From Methanotrichaceae archaeon (GTDB lineage Archaea; Halobacteriota; Methanosarcinia; Methanotrichales; Methanotrichaceae): a DNA stretch of 64,000 nucleotides. A model generated the notes under the pieces. That model was not told where the DNA came from, did no database searches, and worked only from the letters and a program-made list of their open reading frames with translations. Positions within the stretch are counted from its first letter, which is position 1; each line of letters opens with the position of its first letter. The stretch lies in NCBI GenBank assembly GCA_963803145.1, contig CAWDLW010000008.1:32001-96000 (forward strand). Direction: 5' to 3'. Below are positions 61,614 through 64,000 of the stretch, in pieces. The position numbers and the translations under genes are program-made.

Positions 61614-61877
61614 TCATGTAAATTTATTACGAGTCATAGGCCACCTTAACGTTGCAGCAAAATCGCTGTAAGGTCTTCCGATTGCAGCCAGGTAAAGGAA
61701 TATTCCTGCCCACGCCCATACGGCAAAGGCAAACAAGATTGGTATTATCAGGAAGAATGCAAGCATCAGGAATAATCCGATAAGGAGAAGTAGGATGGCT
61801 ATGAAGACATATTTCAGACGGGTAAGGCTGCTGATTTTATTATACATATGACTCCTATAATGGCTAATTGATCTCAT
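61614..61877 (-). CDS. Small membrane protein
   Basis: Long hydrophobic stretch (about 2 TM). Confidence 0.5.
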   Translation of the reverse strand: MRSISHYRSHMYNKISSLTRLKYVFIAILLLLIGLFLMLAFFLIIPILFAFAVWAWAGIFLYLAAIGRPYSDFAATLRWPMTRNKFT

Positions 61878-62189
61878 TTGCTCTGATATAAACCATAGCC
61901 TACCATCAAGGGGAAACCTTGATTGAACTTTATTCTTTTATTCCTTTCCAACTGTCTTAGCACGATAAAATATGGATTGCATTGATTATTTCTACTCCTG
62001 TTATTTAGATCAGCCGAATTAATAGATAGTGTGGCGTAATAGATCTCTGCTTAATAGAAGCGATTCTGAGTGACAGTGCTAAAATAATATTTTCTTGTGT
62101 TTAGACTCCACTAATATCGTTTTATACAGAAGTGTATAGTGCAAGTGTCTATTAATAATAGGACTGCGTTGTATAAGATGGAGATTATA

Positions 62190-62597
62190 ATGAGAATTAG
62201 AGTTGTAAGCGGAAGAAATGAGATACCAAATCTCAACCCCAATGAAAAAGTGATCCATCTGGCCTTCAGGGCATCTAACGTAGATTTCCTCAACCTAATG
62301 CAGAGATGTCCAAGGCTTCGAGCAATACAGACACCGTCATCCTACACAAAGACCATGTCCAACGCCATTGGTGTATTTCTAGAGATGCAAGGCGTTCAAC
62401 TTCTTGAGGGCGATGTTTGGGGCCACAGAAAGGATCTTGATGAGTACTTCACAGTTGAGGACGCGACGATGGAAGAGATTCGTACCCTTGCGGCCAGCGG
62501 TGTAAGCGCCGATGATGTTGCAGCCCAGGTCAAAAAAAATGCCCGGATTGGCTCTGATCTGATCAAGTACATAGCCAATACCAAGGTAACTGCCTGA
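62190..62597 (+). CDS. DUF1699-family protein
   Basis: MRIRVVS...EI..L..NE..IHLAFR.SN...CP...LLEGDVWGHRKD..EY pattern. Confidence 0.88.
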   Translation: MRIRVVSGRNEIPNLNPNEKVIHLAFRASNVDFLNLMQRCPRLRAIQTPSSYTKTMSNAIGVFLEMQGVQLLEGDVWGHRKDLDEYFTVEDATMEEIRTLAASGVSADDVAAQVKKNARIGSDLIKYIANTKVTA

Positions 62598-62975
62598 GCC
62601 AGACTTCGAACTGGCTCATTTTGCCATCATCCATTGATGGTATTCTTATGATTATTATCAGAGTTCTTTAAAGTGCAATTTAAACCTTTTCAAAGAGCAT
62701 TGAGCCTTATATGCTAGCTATTTTAGAATTAGTATCACCCTTTATATAAGACTCAGCCATTTGAAAATGCATGGCCTTAATTGAGAAATCACATCACCAT
62801 ATAAACTACCGTCATAAAATTCTGAATAGAGGTATCCTTGGTACGAAAATGATGGCTAGGATGTGTTATATGTGCTCAAAGCATTTGGTTAGTCTATAAG
62901 GGATAAGATTATAGCATGGATGTGAAATGCACAAAGTATTATCTGATGTATATCGGATGCACTAAGGTGGCAGAT

Positions 62976-63899
62976 ATGAAAAAATGGCTGGAGCTAATAG
63001 CGGTAATCTTGTTGTTGAGTTCGGCGGTTCTTGTAATGCAGTCGGCTCTGGCAAAAGAGACTTCCACATCCATGACAAATACTTCACTACACACATCAAT
63101 CAATAAGACAGGACTCGTTTCATTTGTTGAATCCGCTATGACCTATGTGCAAAGGGACGGCAAAGACAAAGCCCTCAAGGAGTTTAGCAATAAGACAGGC
63201 TCATTTGTCCACGGAGACCTCTATATCTACGCCTATGACTTCAATGGAACTTGCATTGCACATCCATTTAAATCCGATTGGATCGGCAAAAATAAGATGG
63301 ACGTGACTGACTCCAATGGCGTGCCAATGCTCAAGAACATGATTGATATTGCCAAGGGGGGAAAAGGTTATGGTTACTTCATCTTTCCGAATCCAGCTCA
63401 TGGTAACAGGAATGAGTTCAAGGTTGCTTACGTAATGAAAGTGGATGACAACTGGTTCCTAGGATCTGGAATCTATTTATCCAATATGTCAGCTAACTTT
63501 AGCCAGACAGCCAGGAGCAATCTAACCAGCTTCGTTGATTCTGCTGTCAAATATGCTAACGAGAACGGGAAAGACAGAGCTCTGAGAGAATTCAATGATA
63601 AGAACGGCGCATTCTTCAAGGGAGATCTATATGTGTTCGCCTATGACATTAATGGCAATACCCTTGCACTCCCAACTCAGCCGAATCTAATAGGCACTAA
63701 TAGAATTAATATAACGGATCCCAATGGCGTTAAAATCGTTCGAAATATGGTGGATCAGGCCAAAGCCAAAGAGGGAAGCGGATTCACATATTACATCTAT
63801 CCAGATCCGGCAGAGAATATGACGGATAGGCTCAAGCTAAGTTATATCGAGAAGGTGGACGATAGCTGGTGGCTGGGTGCAGGCCTATATGCCCAATGA
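62976..63899 (+). CDS. Secreted tandem Cache-domain protein with no signalling output domain
   Basis: Signal peptide; two repeats of FV..A..Y....GKD.AL.EF....G.F..GDLY..AYD.NG...D.NG....G.G...Y..P.P......K..Y..KVD..W.LG.G.Y. Confidence 0.88.
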   Translation: MKKWLELIAVILLLSSAVLVMQSALAKETSTSMTNTSLHTSINKTGLVSFVESAMTYVQRDGKDKALKEFSNKTGSFVHGDLYIYAYDFNGTCIAHPFKSDWIGKNKMDVTDSNGVPMLKNMIDIAKGGKGYGYFIFPNPAHGNRNEFKVAYVMKVDDNWFLGSGIYLSNMSANFSQTARSNLTSFVDSAVKYANENGKDRALREFNDKNGAFFKGDLYVFAYDINGNTLALPTQPNLIGTNRINITDPNGVKIVRNMVDQAKAKEGSGFTYYIYPDPAENMTDRLKLSYIEKVDDSWWLGAGLYAQ

Positions 63900-64000
63900 A
63901 TAATATCTAAAGCAGATAGATATGGGCGTTGTACTGCTACCTTTTTTATTGTAATTCTATGAAGGCTCTCGCGCCTGGCTTTAAGTCTCCGAAGGGGTAG

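Overview
Archaeal chromosomal window, most consistent with a methanogen of the Methanothrix/Methanosaeta (Methanotrichaceae) type. The basis is the archaeal exosome/proteasome superoperon, deoxyhypusine synthase, Vor operon and many secreted DUF11, Cache and TPR-type proteins; the taxon is an inference. Core content: nitroreductase, hybrid His kinase, R15P isomerase, QueE, an XRE-cupin/acyl-CoA synthetase/vorBA operon, the rpl15e-rnp3-rnp2-psmA-SBDS-rrp4/41/42-rpl37ae-rpoP-Brix-pcc1-pfdB superoperon, tRNA-Arg(TCT), tRNA-Leu(CAA) and dys. Accessory content: a tnpB-only IS200/IS605 element, an IS701-like IS with TIRs and a 9-bp TSD, several pseudogenes, and a 7.6-kb integrase island that duplicates the 5' part of tRNA-Leu and carries ApeA-like HEPN and GIY-YIG genes. 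The best candidate for an undescribed system is a non-canonical kdp locus. Its KdpB ATPase is intact, but KdpA has three of four selectivity-filter segments rewritten and KdpD lacks a kinase domain. The locus also has two unannotated micro-ORFs, a structured 5' leader and a 30-bp tandem array at the promoter. Other highlights are an acyl-CoA synthetase-ferredoxin fusion, two adjacent secreted proteins sharing an unusual helical-repeat domain, and a secreted amyloid-like repeat protein. All calls come from reading motifs by eye; no searches were run.
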